Source: Basidiobolus meristosporus CBS 931.73
Taxonomy: Eukaryota; Fungi; Basidiobolomycota
Direction: 5' to 3'
NCBI GenBank assembly: GCA_002104905.1
Contig: MCFE01000024.1
Location: 62,001 to 126,000 of the forward strand
DNA length: 64,000 bases
Positions within the stretch are counted from its first letter, which is position 1; each line of letters begins with the position of its first letter. The translations under genes and the position numbers were made by a program. The notes below the pieces were generated by a model. The model saw nothing but the letters and a program-made list of their open reading frames with translations. It was not told the DNA's origin and made no database searches. Below, in pieces: positions 1 to 12,119 of the stretch.

Positions 1-8
1 AGAGTTCA

Positions 9-614
9 TTATAGCTTACAAGTTGAGGTGACAGTTGTGCTCTGTATATCGTCATTCGATTCAGCTGGCATATCCTCTTGCTCGAGGCCTACTGTTACGA
101 CTTCCTGTGGTGGTTCACTACACCGGAGTGTGCTCAGACTTTGTTCGGTTGCAGCAGTACAGTCGTGGCTATTAAGTGGGACGAAATTTTGTTCTTGGGT
201 TTCGAGCTGAGGCGTATACGAGGTTCCATTGGGCTTGCTAATATACGTCTCCCTTTTGGTCACCAACGGTGCATCGGCCTCCGTCGCATTCTGTATATGT
301 GCGATAGTTATATACTGCCCACTTGTGCTTTTTGTGGCGGCAAAACTATCTGAACGGCTTGCGTTTGAATGAAAAGTGTTTGGAGCGCTGTCTCGGGGTT
401 GCTCGTCAGATTTCTACAAAGCGGTTAGCATCGCCTCTCATGAGGAGGGGTTTCAAGTAAGCTATGGTCATACCGAGGGAAAAGTGTAAGTCTGAATATT
501 CGGAGCCGAGTTGGTTTCAGGCGAACGGTGCTTCTTTGAGCCAAGCAGACTGAAACGCTTACTCTCGGTCCCCTCCGGTTTGGCGGATGATTTTTTCCTC
601 CAGCTCTTGAACAT
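9..614 (-). CDS. Hypothetical Ser/Thr-rich protein, spliced; may continue beyond the window start
   Basis: ATG at 614. Intron 473-414 (GTATGA...GCTAAC...TAG) joins ORF 468-662 in frame to ORF 9-266. A possible further donor GTAAGC lies at 19. Confidence 0.55.
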
Positions 615-1735
615 ATCCAACAACGATTTAGTAATACGGGGAAAATAAGGTGGATGTTTCAACCTGGAAGCCCTTTTCCAAAAAAAATCGATTCTTACGG
701 CTTTCAGTGTATCTGTGTAATGCCCACCGGAATCATGTGGGATTTTTAGTCAGCCGTGCTGGCTCATCCAAGCTCGTGCGTGACCCATGGATCAAAACAA
801 AAACAACCCAAAAGTCCCCTTGACATAGCGTCAACGTCATCTTGGTACAGGTTGACATCGGCCATCAACTGTATAACAGGTCAACCAACTCGAGAAAACA
901 TGGTTCTGGCGAATCCCGATCTGTAGGCTCAATGAGCAATGAACACATCGGCCGATTAGTCAGGGAACTTGAGCCATTAATTCACCAACTCAGAGCCTGT
1001 TGAGCCCATCCTAAGATGATCTACTAAAATAGCCTGTAATGGGTTGTGTGAGGAAACAATTGGTTGCCAAGGGAGCCAGGCAATTTGTTGCCGCCCTCAA
1101 GCTGCCAATATACTCGAGGTGACTCCAACGTTGCTCATTTGAAGCTTTGATCTAGATCTACCGATAATCTATCCTACTTATTCATCGGGTCAGAAATCAA
1201 TGGGATTAGAGATATACTTTCATAAGATATCACCACAGTGATTCGGGCGACTGCCAACTTCATCGGTTGTGGGTTGAAATGGCTGCTGAGTCCGAAAGGC
1301 AAACCACTTACTTGGTGGTAAAACATCCTGATACACCCACATGAAACCTATTTCCTGTTGACGAGCGTGTCGGAGTTGTCCTGAACAGTTGAGGTGGTAT
1401 ATTTGCACCTAATTATTATGGTGCTGTGAAATTAAGCCTGCTCAAATGATCCCTCCCTTACACGTGACGGGAGGGAGACTACTAACCACCATTACCCAAA
1501 TTGTTTAAAATTAACCATTTTTTCTGAACAAGTAGGCTCCGCATAACGAATGGCGAAGACGCCTGTAAGTATTTGAAAGAAAGGGTGCATGTTGACGAAT
1601 TCATTTATTCCAAGGCCTAACTCGAACCAAAAATACAAAAACTACAAAGGAAACCTTTTGGTCCCGCAAGGATGCAAGTCAACAGAAAGAAAGCAATCTA
1701 TTTCTCGCGAGATAAACAGAGGTCAAGATGCGTGG

Positions 1736-2014
1736 CTAATCCTTCTTGGAATACCCGGAACCCTTCAGACCCTCCACAACCTTGTCAAAGCAATAATCAC
1801 CAATAGAAAGGTACGTGGACATGGCGGAGCGAAAGGTGGAGTTCTCGATCTTGTCGACGGCAACCCTGTGAAAGGAAGGAAGTGTGAGCATATGTGGTCA
1901 AGGAACGAGAGGGATTTCCACTACTCACGTTAAACCCGTGGAGCGCTTGATACCCGCTAACACAGTTGAGACAAGTGCCGCATCAATTGCATAGTGAACT
2001 AGACGGCCAACCAT
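1736..2014 (-). CDS. ATG44: Mitofissin / Atg44 (DUF1748) 71-aa mitochondrial fission microprotein
   Basis: Exons 2014-1929 and 1865-1736; intron 1928-1866 (GTGAGT..GCTCAC..CAG). Product MVGRLVHYAIDAALVSTVLAGIKRSTGLTVAVDKIENSTFRSAMSTYLSIGDYCFDKVVEGLKGSGYSKKD matches the GxLxHxxxDxxLxSTxLAGIxRxTGLT...YLxxGxxxxD pattern of yeast Atg44. AATAAA lies downstream at ~1605. Confidence 0.88.
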
Positions 2015-2079
2015 GGTGAGGCAAATCAATTTCTTTTAGGAAATCCACCTCAATGAGCCTCACTTATAAGCAATATGAG

Positions 2080-3300
2080 ATGGCCAAGTCATCCGCAGGT
2101 CACCGTATAATATTTATCCCATGACTACGGATTCAATCTCCTAGAAATTGAAAACCTCATCTAGGCCAGGATGAAACGCCGTGAGGTGGTTTTGAATGAT
2201 TCAATTTCTGGGATATTTCGCACCTTATAATGAATGAGGCTGCCTATAGATCTTCACTAGGGTTTCCGTAGTGTACCAATCGCATCTACTTGGAATGATC
2301 AAGCACCTCCATGAGATTATTTACCGACATTCAATACATATTCATAGTTCGCCATGAATCACCGATGAGCTAGGAGAATTGATTGTGTTTGCTGATTGGT
2401 ATATAGAGCAGCATGTCTTATTTCGAATTGAAGATGATTAGCAATAGTACAAGTGAAAGTTGCTAGATGTCAGCACATTCCTTATTCTTTTCTAGCCAAA
2501 GAAGGCTAAGCCAACAATACGGGGCAAATCAAGTCTTGAATGCAATTGTAGAAAACTTGAGAGATGACTTGGCTGCTACAACGATCAGGTACTTACTGGA
2601 GAATCTATATTACAGGATCTTGGATATTCGGACTATGAAGCAGTTCACAATGTTCGTGGCATTCTTTCGTATTTTTGGGAGATGGTGGGTTTGATGAGGG
2701 TGGTCCATACTATACGCAAAATTCGATACAATGAAGTCTGCGGATTTTCAGATATTTTTACGAAAACAGTCATCTACTATATTCATCCAATTACTGGTTA
2801 AATTAAACCAAGCACAGGATCAGGAGACCCAAACAATAAGTGAAGCGTTATTCATTGATACCATACACTCTCGATGCTATGCCAGAAATACAAGAAATGC
2901 TTGATATCTGACTGGCACTGACCCAGCTTGAATGTGTTGTCATATGGCAGTTTTCAGGATCGACTTTTCACCAAATAAAATCAAGTATAAGACTCGAGTT
3001 GCACTGGTCAGATATTTCGTACTTTGGGTATTTTTACTGTATTCAATTGTGAAACATTACAAATGGCGACTTTCTTGCTTTTGTATTCAAAACTTCACTT
3101 GCTCATGTATTAGGATTAGCCACAGAGTATGTAAAGACCGTTTGTCAATTGATAACAGTGGGAAATCTTCCAATATTAAGTTGATTAGAAATGTAGGCAA
3201 ACACATATGATACACACATCCTGAGTTCGCATAAGCAAGGGGAATTTCGAACATCGCAAATTCATATCAATAATACCTTAACGAGGCATGATTACGAGTA
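2080..3300 (-). mobile_element. Heavily decayed DNA-transposon relic, possibly Mutator-like
   Basis: Stop-riddled AT-rich sequence with weak motifs (VNNLMEVLDH resembling TNNxxExxH; TCG*LGH knuckle-like). No TIR or TSD found. Confidence 0.2.
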
Positions 3301-3355
3301 TAACTGTCACAACGCTGCTAGCCACTGTCATACAGTTGGGACTAGCTTACTTCTG

Positions 3356-4757
3356 TTGCCTGTTTTAGCCTACCGCAACTCAGACATACATCCGGTGTTA
3401 TTTGGTTCATTACCACTGACAGCCAATATTGCTCGTCTTTGGCATACCATACGACACAGGGGGTTGACTAAACGGTTTTTTGTGTTGGCTACTATCTCTT
3501 TGGTGCTGGCCTTCAGCACATTTTCAAATGTCATCGTTATGTCAATACTGCCGGACGGCATCAGGGAAGGCCCAGACTTGCATCCGTTGTCTGGGCCTAT
3601 TCATAGCCGCAGTGTAGGATAGAGTCATGACTTCATGCGCCACTCCATGTCTCCCGATGCAATTGTGCGCAGTATACCGGAAGCTGTTTGCAACAAAAAT
3701 GTGGTGGGCCGTTTCGCCGCGTGGGGCCATATTGGAGTCTTTCATACAATATGACTCTTGTGCACATGATACTTACGCATTCTCCGAGGACCTGGGACTA
3801 CGTCTTGAGGCGGATCGCGCTCCGTTCGCGTCTTTTTCTCTAGGAGGCGTACCAATCTCCACGACGTCGGGATTAGGACCGGGTGAGACGGTGAAAATCG
3901 CGGCAGATAAAGTCACGACTCACAGAGAGGACGGGGTGGAGCACCTGTCTCATTCGATAGTAGGCGCACATCGTTACGGCAAAGACGTGTTACAAGACTT
4001 AATGCAGAACCAGCTGTATTGGAATTTACTCGAAAGACTGGTCTCGAGGGCATGATCATCAGTGAAGAAAATGTGTGTTACTGCTGTTGTGACGCAATCA
4101 GTCTGTGCGGCAGGCTGGTACAAGGTGGTGGACCAGAGCCTAAGCTACCAAGAAGTGGCACTAACCAGAAAATCACGCGATAGTGACAAGTATTTAGAAG
4201 TCAAGTTCGAATTAGTGCCGGAGAGCGGTGGCTCTCGCCGCTGTGTTAGAGCTCGGATAGAGGCGTATAGCGCGACGTTCAAAGACAAACAGTGTGGTTT
4301 GGCGGCGTCTTTAGGGGCTGCTGAAGAGCCTTTCCTAGCCTTAAGGCTAAGAAATACTCTAGGAGCCGCAGTGGACGAGTCGTCCACGGTGATTAATTCC
4401 AAAGGTCTCCTTGAAGACGTCGTGAGGCCGTATCTCGAAACAGGACTGCAATCTTTTGGGCAGGAATACCACCGAACTACAGTTCTATATGGATGCGCCG
4501 CGGACTCACAGGTACTTGACCACCAAGATAGAGGCGAAAGCTTTAGGTTTGATAAGAGTGGAAGCCGGCTCGAGTGCGGGACCTAGTGAGAAGGGAATTA
4601 CCACGGTGGCTGGCAGATTGTTGACAGAAATGTGGCTTGGGATAACCAAAGTGATTACGGTGAAGCCTTAATATCCTGTCCGGAGGAGACTATGGGCCAG
4701 TCTTTACCGCATTTAATAACTCTTCTCATGATCGCCTCCAAATATATACACGAGTAA
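3356..4757 (+). pseudogene. Disrupted type II membrane protein gene, possibly glycosyltransferase (O-fucosyltransferase-like)
   Basis: N-terminal TM segment FFVLATISLVLAFSTFSNVIVM, then TAG at 3620 and a frame change. A collinear frame 3627-4757 is broken by TGA 4053-55 and TAG-TGA 4584-89. Weak GT-B-like motif EPFLALRLR. Confidence 0.4.
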
Positions 4758-6388
4758 GAAATTTGCATTAGAATTAGAGTTTGTAAACTCAGAAATATCA
4801 ATGTCCCAAAACTACTGATGGTGTAGTCAGTAGATGAATATGACAAAGCAAGCAGAATTAGAAAGCTGGAAGTGTTTCGGATCACTTAGAAGCAGGTGTG
4901 GATTTCACTGTCATTTACTGAGTCAAAGTATTTGTAATTTGATGCAATTGTGCAAAAATAATGAAATATATGTGTCAAAGAAAGCCCCCAAGATGCTGTA
5001 TGTAGCATTCGTGAGCTTTTGGACAGCCTTTAATATTTACGTTTAGGGGTATTTCCACTAATCTAAACAATACTAAGATCTCATCAGAAAATCATTAGAA
5101 GAATTGATATGCCAAGAAGCTAACCAAATTGTTCTTCAGAACCAATGAGTAATTAGGTATACCAATACAATATATGGAGGGGAGAGAATGAAAATGCATG
5201 AGATAATTATGGCCATATCTAGCTTTTCTGTACTTCCACAACTCTGTTACATCATCAGGAGATTATCCACATTATATTTTTTTATTAGTTAAGGTAGTGT
5301 ATAATCAGTATAGATATCTGACTGTGTCTCCATTATATGGAATTGAATGCCAATTTACACCCTATGCCATCCTCGCATATTTAAGACTGATTAACCCCAG
5401 TGAATGGAGAAAATACATTGAGATTTGTTTGACCAAGGCAGACTTCTAGGATTTTCAATTTGAAGTATTACTCCATTACATATCATCAGAGTCCGTATAG
5501 ATATTGCAATGTATTAAAGAGCTTCAAAAACCACAAATGATCATGAAAATATGTTGCGAGTACGTTTCTACACATTGAACATATTAACTACCTATATGAT
5601 GGCAACGCAGACCAATGCGCCAACATTATTATTCCTGTAATAGATACTACATAAACCATTCCTCTGCAGGTGTGAATATAGCCATGATATATCTCAGTGA
5701 AGTCGGGTAACAGTTGCTATTAATTCTACCTTGAGAGTTGATTGGAGCGGCCATGGGAGAATGCGCTTTCAGTGCATGTTCCAAGCGAGATATTGATCGG
5801 TATTCGTTCTTTTCTAAGCAGTGTGAATCGAACATTTCGACAAAGTAGTGCCTGTTATCACAGTATTGGACTTGCTTAATGTGTGAATAGCATCACCTTC
5901 AGTGTTGCATCCTATGTCAAAAGGTTAATACCCTGTCCTATATAGATTTTCATTCTCAGATAGTACAAGCCAGTATATAGGGAACGCACAACCAAGTACT
6001 CAGGGTTGTGGATGCTGTACAGTAGATATCAATGATCACTTTGTGTTCTGGTTTAGTGGAAAGCTGAAGATATTGAGGTTGTCGCATACCCTTACTCTCG
6101 AGTGCTACCCACTATGCGCCCGAATGTGTAGTAGATAATGGCCTGGATATTATGTAAATACAAGTAGTGAATAGTGATTGGTTCATGATCTTAACCCGTT
6201 CTGCACATTTTCAACATTTCCCAATATACCATGAGAATTGGTGCTAATTATCATTTCAGTGAGAAGAGAAATTGCTCAATTTCACCAATCAGAGCTGCTC
6301 CTTAGTCAAATCGAATTTTTTATAAGTATTACTAGAGACGCTTATAGTTCACCATTTTTTACGCGTTCACCAGCTAGAAAGGCAGGAA

Positions 6389-8232
6389 ATGTTGTCAACA
6401 CAACAGCTGAATCCCGAAGCGAGATCGGAACTGTTTTACGTGGCACACACAGAGTATCCTTCAGTATACGGGAACTTTCCCTTAGACAAGGCCTGTGATC
6501 TATTAACTAAGGCCACCTCCGCCTTTAATCAATTATCGTTTGAATGGAAGTATATCGACAAACCATCAGGTATCCTCACTTCATAGCTTTCCCGATTAGC
6601 GCTGGTTCACCTCCTTAGCCGCCTTAATAACGTTTGCCTAAATCCCAGATGGCCAGTTTTTCCTTGTTTACCTGCCATCGTTCACACAGCAAATGCCACA
6701 CGATGGGTGAGATGACTCTTACTATTGGTTTCCCAGGATCCCTATTAATGAACTTCTTTAAAGTTACCTTTGGATGGACGATGAACAGTTCTTGAAAATC
6801 CCACTGCCTGACACCAGAGTAAATATTCCCAACATTTTCAAGAACTTGTGGTGAATACTGACAAAAGACCGCACCACTTTTTTAGGAAATGCATGTAGCG
6901 GAAAGAAAATGTGGCTTCTTACCGGGGGAGCAATACGTCTCCATGCAAAGGAGACGGTACAGAATAGGGAAAGTCGGGAACGATCAACTTCAACTCCTAC
7001 ATTACGTCAAGCCAGACGAATCAAGTAATGTTTTCGGACACTTGGCCTTTTCTTGTTGCTGTCCAGTCATCCTTATCATGTCTCTTTCGTTCCGTATCCT
7101 TCGTCATTAGTGAAGATTCCTGCGAATATCGCTCTCTCAAAGGTCCCGGTTAGACGCTACCCACTGCCGCCGATCTTTTTGAGCGGCATGCCCGGGTCGC
7201 AAATGAACAACTCTCCCATGGGAACCATCAATTTACCTCACGTATCCGGTAATCCTCACATCCCCAACGCCTCACTTCATCAATCCTCGCCGTACAATCT
7301 ACAACAAAAAATCCCTCAAGTATCACAAACACCACATCAGATGATGAACACAACGTTCATTAACCAAGCGCCAATTAGAACGCCACCCAGGACTGTGGTC
7401 AAAAGTCAAGTGGCTAGAAAGAAGGGAGTGAAGGTAGCTGTTCATTGGAATCCCGTGATATCCTGCACCCATAAGCTAATACAACACGACTTGCCAGCAG
7501 GCGCCGCAGCCTATGGCTAACCCGGACATTAGTGAGCAGTTTGGAGGTTGGGACAAGTGTAGTAGCCTCGTCAACATGTTTCATACTCATCTATCTTGGT
7601 TTAGACGAGCTGGATGTGCTGACACCACGAGATATCGCTATGGCTAGGTACAAGCGTAATCACGACTATTTAGCTGAGCTGCTTTCACCACATCACATCA
7701 GTCAGTATATCAATTCCATCGACGGCCATATCTCACAATCACTCACCAAACCAATCATAGGTAGCATCCTACCCCCAAGCATCAAGGCTTCCACACAAAG
7801 TGTTCCTGAGCTCAAGGAGAAGCTGGTAAGTTGTGCTATTTGTGGTGGTTACAGTGGTGCATCGATCAACTCTGGTCCATATTTCTAGTCCGCGACTGAA
7901 GAAGAGATAAAAGCATTGAAAGCCGGTTACGAATCTAAAAAGCAAGCGTTTACCAGTGAGGGCGAGGTTCTCAGCAAAGCCATCGAGGAGCTGAAGGAGA
8001 TCGAGTCGATCGAGGTACGCACACATCCACATCAACTCACGCGTGTGCGCACGCATCGTACACCATCCTGATCACTAGCTAAACGCCACCCTCGATCTAG
8101 GACTTGGAAACCTATCACAAAAAAATGCAGCACCAGTTCCCAGTGGAGTTCGACAACCAAAGTAACCTGAAAGTGGTTGAGATCCAGGCTGACGACGAAT
8201 GGCCCACGGACAGCCTCTTGGAACCGTTATAA
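6389..8232 (+). CDS. SSR4: SWI/SNF-RSC chromatin remodelling subunit Ssr4 (DUF1750 family), multi-exon
   Basis: Spliced exons give EWKYIDKPSDGQFFLVY, DGYLWMDDEQ, CGFLPGEQYVSMQRRRYR, QLLHY, and C-terminal DELDVLTPRDIAMARYKRNHDYLAELLSP. Canonical donors at 6570, 6707 and others; stop TAA at 8230-8232. Confidence 0.82.
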
Positions 8233-9084
8233 ATCGGCATCTTTCCTTACGTGCCTCACCCATTCTTTTTCAAATCTATCGTGAATAAACGATTTCTTCC
8301 TCGCTCGTTTCATTCACCCACCTTGTTTATACCAGTTAACACTCGGCTCGCATTAGCCTCACTGTGAAATCGGGGCTATCTGCTTATGTACAGCGATGCA
8401 TGTCAAAGCCAAAGCCTGGGGGAGGACCATGGGGGACTCCAGTGAAGAATGCATCTCATTCTAGCCACTATCCACTGAGACGGTCCGCATTGGGCAGTGA
8501 TTCAGGTATTTACTTGTCTACCTCAATAGAACATAAAACAAAACAACATATGAATGTCATCCCCGATTGATCAACGATCTCGAGCCATTCCTTGCAATGC
8601 ATTGGCGTTCCTCTCGAGTGCTACCTGAGGGCATTTGTCCTTACCGAATCGCAACCCAGGGAGTGAATCAAAGGGATACCCGTCCAACGTGGCGCTATAG
8701 GACGATATCAGATACATGGGTGTGCAGGGATACCGCCAGTGTGGTTTAGCCCATACCGGCGTGGGTCAATGCGGTCGATCGGGAATCTTGTTTCAACCAA
8801 ATCCACCCCAAACATGTATCACCAAGAAGGCCTGTGTACAAACCGATTTTTCCGAAAATATCGCGCTTTAATGAAAATTTTTGTGTTCCGCCACACATGC
8901 GGTGTGGTGGTAATGGTGCGGATCTAACTGGGTTGGTTCAATTGCAAGGGCCACAGATCTTGCCTCTGTAGCCGTTGCTAATTCTCTAGTTTGTAAAATG
9001 ATATACAAGAAAAATGGAGGGGGAGATTCACCAGCATGCATACATACAAAGGAACGGAAACAAAAAGGGGTCGGTGAAGTTCGC

Positions 9085-10467
9085 TCAGGATGTATATGAC
9101 TTGGACATGTCCGCATCCTCCTCATCCGCATTCTCGTTGATAAGGGAAAGTTGCGAGATCATGTTGTCGAAGCCTTCCTTCATCTGGATCGCCTCCTCCA
9201 ATGTTGCTTGAAGTCGCGCCTTATAATCCATGATATCACTTTGGTATTTTGATCGCTCGTGAGCAATATGCTCGTCAGCCCTAAACAGGAACTCGCGTTA
9301 GCTCTATGAAAGCGCTGTGCCGCCTGGGTAACTTACTCCTCAGCAAGTTGGCTTCGATAATTCTTGAGAATGGCCACCCGTTCCTCGGAGGTATGGACGT
9401 CCTGCTGTAGTTTGCGAATCGTATTTGCAAGATTCTCCTCGTTCTAGAGACAGTAGACATCAATGAGCCTGCGCTAAGGACGTCTATCGAATGGAGCAAT
9501 GCAATACCTTCCGAGTTGATTCGTACTCTCTCTTGAGCTTGTCATATCTCTCCTTGAGCTGAGAGAAGACTTTACGCGTATGGTTGGTTTCCTTCAGAGT
9601 GTCTTCAAGAGATTCTTTCAAGACGTCTATTTCCATTACTGCAATGGTAAGGTCCGCATCGTATTTCTCTAGGAAGAGGATTCAGCTCGCAGTCCATCAT
9701 AGAAGACCACGCACCCATGAATGTACCTTTTTTGTCTGACATATCTAGCTCTAGAGCCTGTCGCTCTTCTGCGACTTCTTCGAACCTTTCCTTAAGTGCC
9801 TTTTCTTCGTCAGTATATTTCAGTATCTCTTGATCCCATAGTTCGGCCTCTTGATCTCGGCGCAGTAGTTCTCTTTCGAGGCTGTCTATCTCACGCTCCA
9901 GCGCACCGTCGCTCTCAAAGCCATCGTCACCCATTTCCATAGGGCCCTCCGTGATCCGGAGAATCTCCTCCTTCAAAGACTCGGCCTCTTCGGTAGTTTC
10001 TATCATCTAGGAGAAAAGGTTAAGCTTTCGTGAACCGTGGCAAATACCCATGCTTTAGCTACCCTGTCTTCAAAATCTTCTCTGACGCGCGTAGCCTCGG
10101 CTAGCTCAGCTCGTAAATACTCCAACTCTTGCCCTATCTGCTCGTCGAAAGTGCTCTGAATTTTGTCCACCTCTTGCTGAGTGTAGCGTGGCTCATCTAA
10201 TGGGTCATAGGTGTCGCTGGAATCCAGGAGGGATCCTTTTTGCTGGTCTTTGGCGATTATCTCTGCTTCTTCAACGGAAGAGCCATTTTGGTTGCTGTTG
10301 TCGGAGGGGGTATCCCACGAGATCAGCCAACTGTCGGCAATTTTGCCAGGAGTCGGGGTATTTGTGAATTTTTGCCGCTTGCAACTGCTAGGAGAGGGTG
10401 ACTTTGTGTCTTGCTGAACAGAGACAGCCTGTTCACCCTGCGAAGCTACCATATCACCTGCCAGCAT
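9085..10467 (-). CDS. TACC-domain acidic coiled-coil protein
   Basis: Four to five exons with GT-AG introns. C-terminal region ..KVFSQLKERYDKLKREYESTRKNEENL..EERVAILK..EADEHIAHERSKYQ follows the TACC consensus (KSFSDLFKRFEKxKE..RKNEExL..ANxEIAxxRxK). RYTQQEVD resembles QYSQKDLD. Confidence 0.65.
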
Positions 10468-10970
10468 GGTACGTTGTTAGTGAAAAGAAAGTCCAAAAAA
10501 GAGAGGGCAGGTGGATCAAACGGTCCGACCAAATAAGAAAACAAAACATGTTTTGGTTTGGTATGATCACAGATCACTTCAATCCGGAATCAGTGAATTG
10601 CAGGATATTTTTCCGAACAATCACTGGGATAATCACTGGGATCACTCTGAACATGCCAGTTACGAATGGCCCCAGTTGGCAGACACTGGTAATCAACGAT
10701 TGTTGTAATTGATTCAAGATCTGTAACCACTGACGGGTCCTAAAACCAGCCCTTACATTGTTATGAGAGTAACTGCCTAAAATGTCCTTCCATTTCAATA
10801 TTTGTAGAGCTGAGGTACGTTGGCAAAACAATCGTTTATTCTTAAATCTACCCATCGGCCAATTATCGCCTAGCTCACGAATTCTGGATTGTTGCTTCCC
10901 CAGAGCGCGTTTTCATTTGGCGATGGAATATAAAAGGGGGGATCTCCCTCTAAGAGACCACTGCGTTACA

Positions 10971-11279
10971 ATGATCCTCTCCAACTCGTGCTCTTCGTAT
11001 ATTCCCAGCTCACACACCTCGCCAGCTCCGCGTAAGCGCCGTCATATTGAGGACTTGGAGGAGGAAGCGCCCCAGCATGTCATTGGAATGCAGCTGGACA
11101 GCCCAACTGACTACGCCTCCGTTCCCCTCCCCAAATCCCTCATCGAGCGCATCCACCGGGAGAAGAACGCGATACCTGCCCTGCAGCACAAATCTACCGC
11201 TGAGTTCCTGGATTACTTGCTAGATAACCTCTCCCTTCGCCAGATCGTCGAGAATGAAGGAATCTATTTTTTTAATTAA
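10971..11279 (+). CDS. Small 102-aa protein with NLS-like RKRR and a ribbon-helix-helix-like C-terminal segment
   Basis: TATAAAAG at ~10929, ATG at 10971, codon usage like neighbouring genes, divergent from the TACC gene. Confidence 0.6.
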   Translation: MILSNSCSSYIPSSHTSPAPRKRRHIEDLEEEAPQHVIGMQLDSPTDYASVPLPKSLIERIHREKNAIPALQHKSTAEFLDYLLDNLSLRQIVENEGIYFFN

Positions 11280-12097
11280 TGGACGTCCTGTCCACTTTGT
11301 ATAGCCAATCTCTGTTCTAGTCACCCTTTGTAAAGTCAACCAATAAAATGCCCCAAGTAGCAATCACTTCCCTACTCATCGGTATTTCCAATGGTTCTGC
11401 GGTGACGCGTCTGCGCGTCCATGCGCCCGTGATTGGGTGATGGAATGTTGCGGTAGTCGACACCCACTTCGAAGAAAATCATTACCGGATTGGTTGGGTT
11501 AGTTGATTGCCTTTTGTGCCTAATGCAATAGCCGTGTCCTAAAAAGACTGCTCGTTCAGTGCCATCCAGTCCTGCGCCAGTGTCTCGACAAATCTTGCCC
11601 GCTCAAATGTGTCGATTCCCACCGATGGGTTACGCATTTGGAACTGTAGTTTTCGATAGCAGGGCTAACCCAGCGTTCCTATTAGTGTAGCTTTATTATC
11701 TTCATCCTCGTTCTCATTTGTGGATTCTTGTCTTCCACCGGACGTGGAGACTTTCAAGCCTGGCTTCTTTTCCAAACACAGCTGGTGATCTGGTTATCCA
11801 CTGGGCCAGCTACATTCATCATCACTATGATGTAGACTAGTGTACGTGACCTCTACTGGCGCAGCTAATTAAATCATCACTAAAACGGTATCAAGCTTAT
11901 ATTCTGAAATATCCGTCAATGCTAGATCAATCAATCAATTTATGGCGAGGGGTAAACAAACAATCAGAACCAACGAAAGCTGCGTATCCCATTGTATTTT
12001 CGCCATAGTGGAGGCCATAGGATAAGCTCGAACTCGACTGCTCTCGCATTCTACTCAAATTGGAGTATCTAAGCCTTGGGACATAAAGGATGCGTAC

Positions 12098-12119
12098 ATA
12101 TATATATATATATATATAT
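12098..12119. repeat. (TA)n microsatellite
   Basis: About 11 consecutive AT/TA units. Confidence 0.95.

Noticed and set aside
1450-1476. GC-rich hairpin TCCCTCCC-N11-GGGAGGGA followed by CTAA (Helitron 3' end or snoRNA candidate)
   Set aside because: Spacing to CTRR and the downstream base do not fit a Helitron end; no proper C/D or H/ACA boxes; single occurrence.
1589-1933. 114-aa plus-strand ORF
   Set aside because: It is the antisense shadow of the Atg44 gene and its 3' UTR.
4760-6200. AT-rich stretch with short ORFs
   Set aside because: Probably decayed TE sequence, but no diagnostic motif, TIR or TSD could be supported.
11480-11850. Minus-strand protein-like frame (..ESTNENEDEDNK..FERARFVETLAQDW..) broken by TAA/TAG/TAG
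   Set aside because: Stop spacing is not clearly above chance, there is no start and no recognisable family.
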